Positions 46,432 to 54,843 of a stretch of DNA of 54,843 nt are shown here, in pieces (positions within the stretch are counted from its first letter, which is position 1; every line of letters starts with the position of its first letter). The notes beneath the pieces are model-generated. The model searched no databases, had not been told where the DNA came from, and saw only the letters and a program-made list of their open reading frames with translations. The position numbers and the translations under genes are program-made. This DNA is from Bacteroidota bacterium (GTDB taxonomy: Bacteria > Bacteroidota > Bacteroidia > Flavobacteriales_D > Crocinitomicaceae): positions 1-54,843 of the forward strand of contig SBFR01000200.1 of the NCBI GenBank assembly GCA_006227105.1. Direction: 5' to 3'.

Positions 46432-47382
46432 ATGAGCACACATTACAGCCTTGGTATTGACATTGGCGGAACATCCACTGAATACGGAATTGTAACAAAG
46501 GAAGGTAAGATCATTTATGAAAATGATGTGCCAACCTCCAATTTCCCTGAAGCTTCCGATCTCGTTAATTATGTATTTAGCGATCCGCAGATCCAACACC
46601 ACCTTCATTTGATCATTGGTATTGGAATAGGTGCTCCAAATGGTAATTATTTTAATGGAACAATTGAGTTTGCACCGAATTTAAAATGGCAGGGGATCAT
46701 TCCTCTCGCAGCAATGTTTCGTGAGAAATTTCATAAACCTACACTTCTTACCAACGACGCTAATGCAGCTGCAATGGGCGAAATGATTTTCGGGAACGCA
46801 AGAGACCTCAAAGATTTTGTTACTATAACTCTAGGTACTGGAGTGGGCTCCGGAGTAATTGTTGACGGTAGGCTTGTATATGGCCATGATGGTTTTGCCG
46901 GAGAATACGGACATATTAGAGTCATTCCGGATGGTAGACCTTGTGGATGCAAAAGAAAAGGTTGTCTGGAAACGTATGCGTCCTCAACTGGGGTTGTAAG
47001 AAGCATAGCGCTCCTTGATTCAGACAACAAGGCATTGTCCTCCATTGTTCAACTCGAAAATCCCACCGCAAAAGATGTTTTTGACGCATCTCTAAAGGGA
47101 GACCTTTTTGCATCTGAGATCATTGATTACACCGCTAAAATTTTAGGAAGTGCACTCGCTGATTATGCATGTTTTTCAAGTCCTAAGGCGTATGTCTTAT
47201 TTGGTGGAATTGCCCAAAGCGGACCTGATTTTGCGTCAAAAGTAAAAGTCTACATGGAAGAAAATATGCTTGTCATCTACAAAAATAAAGTTGAGATCCG
47301 TATTTCTTCGCTTCACGATAGCAATGCAGCGGTATTAGGTGCGGCATCTCTCATATTTTCACAATTAGATAAACTGATCTAA
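46432..47382 (+). CDS. ROK-family sugar kinase (glucokinase/N-acetylglucosamine-kinase-like)
   Basis: LGIDIGGTSTEYGIV, NDANAAAMGE, GTGVGSGVIVDG, GEYGHI...C.CG..GCLE zinc motif. Confidence 0.85.
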   Translation: MSTHYSLGIDIGGTSTEYGIVTKEGKIIYENDVPTSNFPEASDLVNYVFSDPQIQHHLHLIIGIGIGAPNGNYFNGTIEFAPNLKWQGIIPLAAMFREKFHKPTLLTNDANAAAMGEMIFGNARDLKDFVTITLGTGVGSGVIVDGRLVYGHDGFAGEYGHIRVIPDGRPCGCKRKGCLETYASSTGVVRSIALLDSDNKALSSIVQLENPTAKDVFDASLKGDLFASEIIDYTAKILGSALADYACFSSPKAYVLFGGIAQSGPDFASKVKVYMEENMLVIYKNKVEIRISSLHDSNAAVLGAASLIFSQLDKLI

Positions 47383-47383
47383 C

Positions 47384-50300
47384 ATGCGATTCACCATTGC
47401 AGTTATCTTCCTATCAACGTTTTCGATATACGGGCAAAATAAATCGGTAAACGATCTCCGAAAGTCCCAAGACATTCGAAAGAACTACATCGATAATCAG
47501 ATCAATAGCGACGAATTCTTCACTTCCAAGAGCCTTTATGTTGACCCTTTTATTGGAACTGGCGGTCATGGCCACACTTACCCAGGTGCTGCTGCCCCTT
47601 TTGGAATGATGCAGTTAAGTCCAGATACGAGACACGACGGTTGGGACGGATGCTCTGGATATCATTATTCAGATTCTATTATTTATGGCTTCAGTCATAC
47701 CCATTTAAGCGGAACTGGAGTTCCTGATTATTGTGATTTACTAATTGTTCCTCAACACGGAACTCCAAAGATCGAACCCGGTTATTTGAATCCTCAAAAA
47801 GGCTATGGAGATCGATTTTCACATGAACAAGAAAATGCCTCACCAGGATTTTATGAAGTAAAGCTTTTGGATCAGGAAATCCTCTGCAGAATGACGGTAA
47901 CGGAAAGGGCCGGAATGCACGAATACACTTTCTTGAAAGAAAAGGGCAAAAAATTCATCCTGATTGATCTTGATCACAGAGACAAATTATTGGATCATTC
48001 AATTATTGTTGGAAAAGATAAACGATCAGTTTCAGGTTCAAGAATTTCCCATGCCTGGGCAACAAATCAACGTTTCTATTTTCATCTTGAGACATCTACC
48101 CCATTTCAAAAGTCCAATCTTTTCACTAAAAACGGTCAGCATAAGCTCCTTTTGACTTTTCAGGAGGACACTGAACAGATCAAAATAAAAATAGGAATGT
48201 CTGCTGTAGACATTGATGGCGCCAAGAATAATTTAAAATCAGAAATAACGGACTGGGACTTCAATTACTTGAGATCGCAAACTGTAAAAAAATGGGATAA
48301 AGAATTAGGGGTAATCGATTTTAAAGCTACAGAGCTGAATACAATGATCATTTTCTACACTTCATTGTATCATTCATTTCTTCAGCCAAATCTATTTAGT
48401 GATGTTGACGGAAGATACCGTGGACGCGATGATAAGATTCACAAGATCGCTAACGACTCCCCTCAATACACGGTTTTTTCTTTGTGGGACACTTACCGAG
48501 CTACTCATCCACTTTACACATTGATACAACAAAACAGAACCAATCAATTCATCAACACCTTCTTGAGGCAATTTGAACAAAGTGGCGATCTGCCGGTTTG
48601 GGAACTAGCAGGGAATGAAACTGATTGTATGATCGGTTATCATAGCGCTTCAGTTATTGCTGACGCTTGGCTTAAGAATATTCGAGGGTTTGATGGAGAA
48701 AAGGCTTTGGCTGCAATGGTCACTACTTCAGAACACGATGAATTAGGTAAAAAAGTATTCAGGACTCAGGGATTTATTGGATCAGGCGACGAACCTGAAT
48801 CTGTTTCAAAAACACTTGAATATTCCTATGATGACTTCTGTATCGCCCAAATGGCAACATCTTTTGGGAAAATGGATATCTATCAGAAGTATTATAAAAG
48901 CTCATTAAATTTCATCAATCTTTACGATCCTGAAACCAAATTTATGAGGGCCAGAAGAGGTGCTATGTGGTATTCACCTTTCGATCCAACTGAAGTCAAT
49001 TTCAACTATACAGAAGCAAATAGCTATCAATACTCATTATATGCTCCTCATGCGATTGATGTTTTAACAAAATTAATGGGTGGGAAAGATTCCCTCGAAA
49101 ACTGGCTCGACCGTTTGTTTACTACCGAAATGGAACTGTCTGGAAGACATCAGGTGGATATTACCGGACTTATCGGACAATACGCCCACGGAAATGAACC
49201 TTCCCATCATATGGCCTACCTTTACAACTATACCAATCACCCGGAAAAAACTCAATATTACATCGATAGGATCTTTAAAGAAATGTATTCTGTTCTTCCG
49301 GATGGATTATCCGGAAATGAAGATTGCGGACAAATGTCCTCATGGTACATCTTGAGTGCATTAGGGATTTACCAAGTCACGCCGGGGCACTCTTGGTACG
49401 ACATTGGCCGACCACTTATGAATGAAGCAAAGATTCAATTCGAAAATGGTAAAGATCTCACAATCAAGGTAAAAAACAACTCTTCTAAAAATAAATACAT
49501 TCAATCCTTTTCTATTAACGGACAAAAACAACTATCTACTCAGATCAATCATGGAACCATCATGGATGGTGGAAACTGGGAGATAACCATGGGTCCAAAT
49601 CCAGTCGACTATTTCCCATTCAAGAGCACATGTCACTCCATAGAAAGCGTTCAAGAAGTTAAAGTCCCAATTCCTTTTATAAAAAATGACACGCGGATTT
49701 TCGACGATTCTATTTTGGTCAAGCTTGGCGCACATCCATCCCTGAACAATGAACAAGTTAATCTCTTTTACCGATTCTCGACAGATACGGCTCAGATTTA
49801 TGAATACAAAGCACCTTTTACCATTCATGAAAGTTGTAAAATAGAGATCAGCAGAAGAAACACCATTATTCCTGAAAAAGGAGCAATGCCTGGTTTATAT
49901 CTATATAATAGCCCTTGGGTTTCAACCGAATTCATTCAAAGGGATAAAAATGTGACCTTAGACCTTAAATCAAAGTATGACCACCAATATGCGTCATCTG
50001 GGCCTAATGCATTGATTGACGGTGTTGAAGGAGGTAATGAATTTAGAACTGGAGATTATCAGGGGTTCTGGGCTCAGGACCTTGTTTCTGAGGTCACCTT
50101 TAGTGACGCTAGAGTCATAAAAGAAGTAGGAATCAGTTGTTTGCAGGATATGAAATCATGGATCTTCTACCCTTCCGAGGTTCTCGTGGAAATTTCAGAA
50201 GATGGAACAACGTTCAAGAAAGTGGATCAAAACATTAAAATACCTGCATTCACTGATTATGTAGGCCCAACTAATCAGGACTTTACTGTAAAATTCGATT

Positions 50301-50419
50301 CACCGATTAATGTCAAGAAAATTCGCGTTACCGCTCGTAATTTTGGTAAATGTCCGGAATGGCACCTAGGTGCAGGGAGTGACACCTGGTTATTCTCGGA
50401 TGAATTGATTTTTAGATAA
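47384..50419 (+). CDS. GH92 alpha-mannosidase with a C-terminal discoidin (F5/8 type C)-like domain
   Basis: Signal peptide. FIGTGGHGHTYPGAAAPFGMMQLSPDT, FSHTHLSGTG, YAHGNEPSHHMAYLY, GNEDCGQMS. C-terminal ~150 aa ends ...DTWLFSDELIF. Confidence 0.9.
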   Translation: MRFTIAVIFLSTFSIYGQNKSVNDLRKSQDIRKNYIDNQINSDEFFTSKSLYVDPFIGTGGHGHTYPGAAAPFGMMQLSPDTRHDGWDGCSGYHYSDSIIYGFSHTHLSGTGVPDYCDLLIVPQHGTPKIEPGYLNPQKGYGDRFSHEQENASPGFYEVKLLDQEILCRMTVTERAGMHEYTFLKEKGKKFILIDLDHRDKLLDHSIIVGKDKRSVSGSRISHAWATNQRFYFHLETSTPFQKSNLFTKNGQHKLLLTFQEDTEQIKIKIGMSAVDIDGAKNNLKSEITDWDFNYLRSQTVKKWDKELGVIDFKATELNTMIIFYTSLYHSFLQPNLFSDVDGRYRGRDDKIHKIANDSPQYTVFSLWDTYRATHPLYTLIQQNRTNQFINTFLRQFEQSGDLPVWELAGNETDCMIGYHSASVIADAWLKNIRGFDGEKALAAMVTTSEHDELGKKVFRTQGFIGSGDEPESVSKTLEYSYDDFCIAQMATSFGKMDIYQKYYKSSLNFINLYDPETKFMRARRGAMWYSPFDPTEVNFNYTEANSYQYSLYAPHAIDVLTKLMGGKDSLENWLDRLFTTEMELSGRHQVDITGLIGQYAHGNEPSHHMAYLYNYTNHPEKTQYYIDRIFKEMYSVLPDGLSGNEDCGQMSSWYILSALGIYQVTPGHSWYDIGRPLMNEAKIQFENGKDLTIKVKNNSSKNKYIQSFSINGQKQLSTQINHGTIMDGGNWEITMGPNPVDYFPFKSTCHSIESVQEVKVPIPFIKNDTRIFDDSILVKLGAHPSLNNEQVNLFYRFSTDTAQIYEYKAPFTIHESCKIEISRRNTIIPEKGAMPGLYLYNSPWVSTEFIQRDKNVTLDLKSKYDHQYASSGPNALIDGVEGGNEFRTGDYQGFWAQDLVSEVTFSDARVIKEVGISCLQDMKSWIFYPSEVLVEISEDGTTFKKVDQNIKIPAFTDYVGPTNQDFTVKFDSPINVKKIRVTARNFGKCPEWHLGAGSDTWLFSDELIFR

Positions 50420-50508
50420 ACGATAGATTTTACTCGTTGAACGGTGATTCTCCTGAAGGAAATAGTACGTATTTTTACGTCGCTTCAAAATAAACCAAAA
50501 AAAGAACA

Positions 50509-52638
50509 ATGAAAATTTTCAAAGTAAGCTTTTTATCTGCAGTGATCCTTTTTAGTGGATTTGTAAGAGCAGATGAAGGAATGTGGCTGCCGTTCATGTT
50601 AGGCAGAAACTATAAGGACATGAAAAAACATGGATTAAAGTTGAGCAAAGAACAGCTTTATTCGATCAATAAATCCTCTTTAAAAGACGCCGTGATCTCT
50701 TTCGGTGGATTTTGTACTGGAGAAGTTATCTCAGGACAAGGTTTAGTATTAACAAACCATCACTGTGGATACGATGCAATTGCAGGCACTTCAACTCCAG
50801 AGCACAATTACTTGGACAATGGATTTTGGGCAAAGTCGAATAAGGATGAAATCGCAGTTCCAGGTTTGACAGCAACATTCATGATCCGTATGGAAGATGT
50901 TACTGAAACGATTGCGAAGGAATTGAAATCAGACATGACTACAGAACAGCGCAATGCGAAGATCAGAGAGATCTCTGCTATTCTTGAAAAAGACGCTGTA
51001 AATGGTACTCATTACGAAGCATTCGTTCGTGATTTTTACGATGGAAATGAATTCTATCTATTCGTGAAAGAAACATTCAAAGATGTTCGCCTTGTAGGTA
51101 CACCACCACAATCTGCAGGTAAATTTGGTGGAGACACCGATAACTGGATGTGGCCAAGACACACAGCGGATTTCTCAATGTTCAGAATTTATTCTGGAAC
51201 AGATAACAAGCCAGCGGACTATGCTGAGACAAACATCCCTTACACTCCAAAGCACTCTCTTCCTGTTTCTATTAAAGGAGTAAAAGAAAACGACTATGCA
51301 ATGGTAATGGGGTTCCCTGGAAGAACAAACAGATACCTTACCTCATTCGGTGTTGAGCAGGCAATCGCAATTGAACAACCTAAAATTGTTGATGTTCGTG
51401 CGAAGAAACTGGAGATCATGAAAAAGTACATGGATCAGGATGTTTCGGTTCGCTTGAACTATTCATCGAAGTATGCTCAAGTAGCGAATTACTGGAAATA
51501 CTTCATTGGACAAACTGCTCAGTTAAAAGCCAATAAGGTCGCTGATAAGAAGAGAGTACTTGAAAGCCAGTTTTTAGAGTATGCAAAAGGAAAGGCTGAA
51601 TACGACAATGTTTTGACGGATATTAAAAACTCGTTCGAAGCAACAAATAATATTGTTTATATCAAGGTATACCAATCAGAGTTTGTTCGTCAGGTAGATA
51701 TCAACCTTATTGCCTATTTGTATAAGTTAGCAGCTGATTCTGAAACTGCGGGAAATGAGAATCGTGCAAAAATGCTTCGTGGAATGGCTGCCGGAAGAGC
51801 TGAAGAGCTATTCAAGGAAAGAAACATGAACATTGAAATTGAAACGCTTGAGGCTGTACTTGCAATGTACATAAGAGATGTTCCTGCTGATCAGCAAGGA
51901 AGTCTTACTAAGGAAATTGGCGCTAAAGGAGTAAGCGGATATATTCAGGACATCAAGAATCACTCTGTTTTCACAGATGCAAAAAGATTCGAAGAATTCA
52001 TTGCAAAAAATGATTTCTCAATTTTAGAAAACGATGGTTTGTTCAAATTGATCAAAGACCTTGATGATGCATACAATCTAGCTACATCAACTGATGCTGT
52101 AAAAGAAGCAGGAGAAAAATTGACTCGTGGAAACAGACTGTTTGTAAAAGGAGTTAGAGAAATGCAGCCTAACAAGATCTTCTATCCCAATGCAAACTCT
52201 ACTATGCGATTAACCTATGGAAATGTTTTACCATATGATCCGAAGGATGGAGTTACCTATCATTATACAACCACTTTGGAAGGTGTAATGCAAAAAGAAG
52301 ATCCATCAAATCCAGAATTTGTGGTTGACGCGAGAATCAAAGAACTTTATCAGAAAAAAGATTACGGTCAATATGCAGATAAAAACGGAGACCTCGTGGT
52401 TAACTTCCTAACAAACAATGATATCACTGGAGGTAACTCGGGTTCACCGGTGATCAACGCAAAAGGTCAGCTGATCGGAACTGCTTTTGACGGAAACTGG
52501 GAGGCAATGTCAGGAGACATCTATTTTGAACCAAATATCCAACGTACAATCGTTTGTGACATTCGATATGTTCTTTGGTTGGTCGACAAGTGCTACGGCG
52601 CGACTCACTTGGTCAACGAAATGAATATCATCAAATAA
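50509..52638 (+). CDS. S46-family dipeptidyl-peptidase (DPP7/DPP11-like serine protease)
   Basis: Signal peptide followed by ADEGMWLP. His motif LTNHHCG. Ser motif ITGGNSGSPVIN. 709 aa. Confidence 0.9.
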   Translation: MKIFKVSFLSAVILFSGFVRADEGMWLPFMLGRNYKDMKKHGLKLSKEQLYSINKSSLKDAVISFGGFCTGEVISGQGLVLTNHHCGYDAIAGTSTPEHNYLDNGFWAKSNKDEIAVPGLTATFMIRMEDVTETIAKELKSDMTTEQRNAKIREISAILEKDAVNGTHYEAFVRDFYDGNEFYLFVKETFKDVRLVGTPPQSAGKFGGDTDNWMWPRHTADFSMFRIYSGTDNKPADYAETNIPYTPKHSLPVSIKGVKENDYAMVMGFPGRTNRYLTSFGVEQAIAIEQPKIVDVRAKKLEIMKKYMDQDVSVRLNYSSKYAQVANYWKYFIGQTAQLKANKVADKKRVLESQFLEYAKGKAEYDNVLTDIKNSFEATNNIVYIKVYQSEFVRQVDINLIAYLYKLAADSETAGNENRAKMLRGMAAGRAEELFKERNMNIEIETLEAVLAMYIRDVPADQQGSLTKEIGAKGVSGYIQDIKNHSVFTDAKRFEEFIAKNDFSILENDGLFKLIKDLDDAYNLATSTDAVKEAGEKLTRGNRLFVKGVREMQPNKIFYPNANSTMRLTYGNVLPYDPKDGVTYHYTTTLEGVMQKEDPSNPEFVVDARIKELYQKKDYGQYADKNGDLVVNFLTNNDITGGNSGSPVINAKGQLIGTAFDGNWEAMSGDIYFEPNIQRTIVCDIRYVLWLVDKCYGATHLVNEMNIIK

Positions 52639-52643
52639 AGCTG

Positions 52644-52671
52644 AATCCCTCCAATTGGAGGGATTTTTTTT
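52644..52671 (+). terminator. Intrinsic terminator
   Basis: Stem ATCCCTCC, loop AATT, stem GGAGGGAT, followed by a T8 tract. Confidence 0.85.
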
Positions 52672-52732
52672 ATCTCTTTCAGATGTAAATTTTTCTTAGT
52701 TTTAATTTTAAGAAATTAATTGAATCAACGTC

Positions 52733-53146
52733 ATGAATCCGATCATTAAAAATATTCTCGCAGTAATTGTAGCTCTTTTTGCAGGAGGTGCGGTAAACAT
52801 GGCAATCGTTACAATTTCAGGTTCAATTATTCCTCCACCCGAAGGAGCTGATGTTACCACAATGGAAGGGCTTAATGCTTCAATTCACCTTTTCGAAGCC
52901 AAACATTTTATCATGCCCTTTCTTGCTCATGCCATCGGCACATTTGTAGGAGCATTGATTGTTTCAATCCTTGCTGCGAACAATAAATTTAAATTCGCGA
53001 TCGGGATTTCAATCTTCAATTTCCTGGGAGGATTGATCATGGTACTAAGTTTGGCCGCACCTTTGTGGTTCGAACTAACAGATTTGATCTTTGCGTACAT
53101 CCCTATGGGGATATTGGCCAATCGATTGATTACAAGAAACAGGTAA
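52733..53146 (+). CDS. Small hypothetical integral membrane protein (about four TM segments)
   Basis: Hydrophobicity pattern only. No recognised family. Confidence 0.5.
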   Translation: MNPIIKNILAVIVALFAGGAVNMAIVTISGSIIPPPEGADVTTMEGLNASIHLFEAKHFIMPFLAHAIGTFVGALIVSILAANNKFKFAIGISIFNFLGGLIMVLSLAAPLWFELTDLIFAYIPMGILANRLITRNR

Positions 53147-53147
53147 T

Positions 53148-54227
53148 CTAATTCAGCAATGAAAGTTTGCCATTCATATAGTTAAAGCTACTCACGAGCT
53201 CCGCTTCTTCAAAAACGGTATCAATTTCGCATTCCCCTATCGACCTGATCAAAATTCCTTTTATGGAACCTTCATTGTTCTTTTTATCATTTCTGGCGAA
53301 TTGGATTAACTCGTTGTAATGATCAGGATCAAGATACACCATATTGAATTTTTCAAGAATTGTTTTTTCAATAGCTCTAAAATCCTCCGTGCTTAGCACA
53401 TTTCGTTTATGAGAAATAAACGATTCAAGCCACAACCCTATTGCAACTGCATGACCATGTCCAATTGGAGATTTATCCAATAGGTACCCTTCGATTGAAT
53501 GACCAATTGTATGGCCGAAATTTAAAAGCTTTCTGCTATTCTTCTCATAAGGATCTTTCTCTACCAAATTTATTTTGACCTCCATCGAGGTCATTATCAA
53601 TTCTTCATTCAGGAGATCTTCAACATCAACAACCTTGACCAACTCAGACCAATGTGTTCGGCTGCTTATCAATGCGTGCTTCAACATTTCTGCATAACCA
53701 TTCCATAATTCTTCTTCAGGAAGTGAATTCAAAAAAGAGATGTCTACATAGATACTTTTGGGATCTGTAAAAGTCCCTAGCAAATTTTTATAACCTCCCA
53801 TGTCTATTCCTGTTTTTCCGCCTATTGAAGCATCAACCATACCCAGCAAGGAAGTAGGAACATTAATAAATGGTACTCCCCTTTTAAAGACAGAAGCAAT
53901 GAATCCACCCATATCAGTTATAACACCACCTCCTAGGTTGATAACGACGTCATTTCGGGTTATTTCGTATTCCCGAAGGGCCTCCCAGATCTGATAGCAA
54001 ACTTCCAGGACTTTATTCTCTTCACCGTTCGGGATCAGCATGATCTCAGCATCAGCCAGCTCAGGAAAGGAAGTGATCATAAATTCTAAACAAAAATCAT
54101 GGGTATTCTCGTCTACGATCACCACCTTTTTTGAATTTGGGAAGTTTTCATTCAAATACTGCTCAAAACTCCCAGAGACAATTGGTCCAATCTCAATAGG
54201 TGTTTGTTTATAAGATAGCTTTTTCAT
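53148..54227 (-). CDS. aroB: 3-dehydroquinate synthase
   Basis: GGGVITDMGGFIASVFKRGVPFINVPTSLLGMVDASIGGKTGI, LNFGHTIGHSIE, HGHAVAIG. ATG at 54227 is preferred over the ORF-track start at 54263, because a -7 box lies at 54251-54258. Confidence 0.9.
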   Translation of the reverse strand: MKKLSYKQTPIEIGPIVSGSFEQYLNENFPNSKKVVIVDENTHDFCLEFMITSFPELADAEIMLIPNGEENKVLEVCYQIWEALREYEITRNDVVINLGGGVITDMGGFIASVFKRGVPFINVPTSLLGMVDASIGGKTGIDMGGYKNLLGTFTDPKSIYVDISFLNSLPEEELWNGYAEMLKHALISSRTHWSELVKVVDVEDLLNEELIMTSMEVKINLVEKDPYEKNSRKLLNFGHTIGHSIEGYLLDKSPIGHGHAVAIGLWLESFISHKRNVLSTEDFRAIEKTILEKFNMVYLDPDHYNELIQFARNDKKNNEGSIKGILIRSIGECEIDTVFEEAELVSSFNYMNGKLSLLN

Positions 54228-54250
54228 CAGGTTTCCAAGAAAGTGATAAA

Positions 54251-54258
54251 CAAAAATA
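54251..54258 (-). promoter_or_regulatory. -7 promoter box TATTTTTG (minus strand), 23 nt upstream of the aroB ATG
   Basis: The plus strand reads CAAAAATA at 54251-54258. Confidence 0.5.
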
Positions 54259-54313
54259 GACAAACATGTAAGGTAGTGAAACGTAGTGAAAGAAAAGAAA
54301 TTAATTTAGCACT

Positions 54314-54843
54314 ATGATTTCATTTGAAAACACCGAAATAGCATTTCAAAGTAAGTCCGACAAAGATCTAAATAGAGCTTACTGGCTCTTTAAGGTTGTG
54401 GCCAGTAAATCAATGGTAAAATTCGGGAAACTGGGCGTTAAAGTTGCATTTGCTACTCATTTGCCAATTAATGGAATAATTAAAAAAACCATTTTCAAGC
54501 AATTTTGCGGAGGTGAATCCATTTTAGATTGCGCTTCTACAATTCAGCATTTGAATGATTTTAATATTGGAACCATCCTTGATTATTCAGTAGAAGGAAA
54601 AACTTCGGCGGAGGACTTTGAGGCCACTACCAATGAGATCATCAAAACCATCGAGGCGGGTAAAAATAATCCGGCAATTCCATTTGCCGTTTTTAAAGTC
54701 ACAGGGATATCAAGATTTGGAATTCTGGAAGCTGCTAATGCTGGAATCGAGTCGTTGACAGAATCAGAATCGAAAGAATATAATGAGGTGGTTGAGAGGA
54801 TCAATAGAATCTGTAAACATGCGTTTGAATCAGATGTTCCGGT
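54314..54843 (+). CDS. Proline dehydrogenase family protein, 5' part (runs off the end of the window)
   Basis: The frame is open from ATG 54314 to the window end. It is not in the ORF track because it has no stop. The translation MISFENTEIAFQSKSDKDLNRAYWLFKVVASKSMVKFG...IFKQFCGGES...DYSVEGK matches the N-terminus of Bacteroidota monofunctional proline dehydrogenases, as I recall them. Confidence 0.7.
   Translation, partial: MISFENTEIAFQSKSDKDLNRAYWLFKVVASKSMVKFGKLGVKVAFATHLPINGIIKKTIFKQFCGGESILDCASTIQHLNDFNIGTILDYSVEGKTSAEDFEATTNEIIKTIEAGKNNPAIPFAVFKVTGISRFGILEAANAGIESLTESESKEYNEVVERINRICKHAFESDVP

Overview
This is a gene-dense, AT-rich 54.8-kb chromosomal segment with about 50 CDS, very short intergenic spacers and many overlapping stop/start codons. 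It reads as core genome of a Bacteroidota, probably Flavobacteriia-like, bacterium. The taxonomic call rests on several signals. There is a cell-surface protein with SprB-type repeats and a T9SS type-B C-terminal sorting domain. There are CarboxypepD_reg/TonB-dependent receptors, an S46 (DPP7-like) peptidase, BshC and a fused IcmF. Exact TAnnTTTG '-7' promoter boxes recur, and start codons sit in A-rich contexts with no Shine-Dalgarno sequence. Gene content is mostly housekeeping: queE, maf, hemE, ung, gdhA, dnaX, rarA, aroB, PPIase, LolA-like, a fused E1 dehydrogenase, icmF, proline dehydrogenase, and the exoglycosidases GH20 and GH92. I found no rRNA, tRNA, CRISPR array, transposase, integrase or recognisable defence genes, so this looks like an ordinary region, not an accessory island. 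Four things deserve a second look. (1) dnaX is split at an A10 homopolymer, and the tau-specific C-terminus is open only in the -1 frame. (2) A 690-aa protein fuses a ComEA-like helix-hairpin-helix segment to a large predicted outer-membrane barrel, and it is translationally coupled to a PorV/FadL-like barrel. This is my best candidate for an uncharacterised system. (3) Exact -7 promoter boxes sit only 3-6 nt from start codons at six genes, which implies leaderless mRNAs. (4) The apparent icmF-GH20-cutC operon is an odd functional combination. All functional calls come from reading the translations against remembered family motifs. No searches were run.
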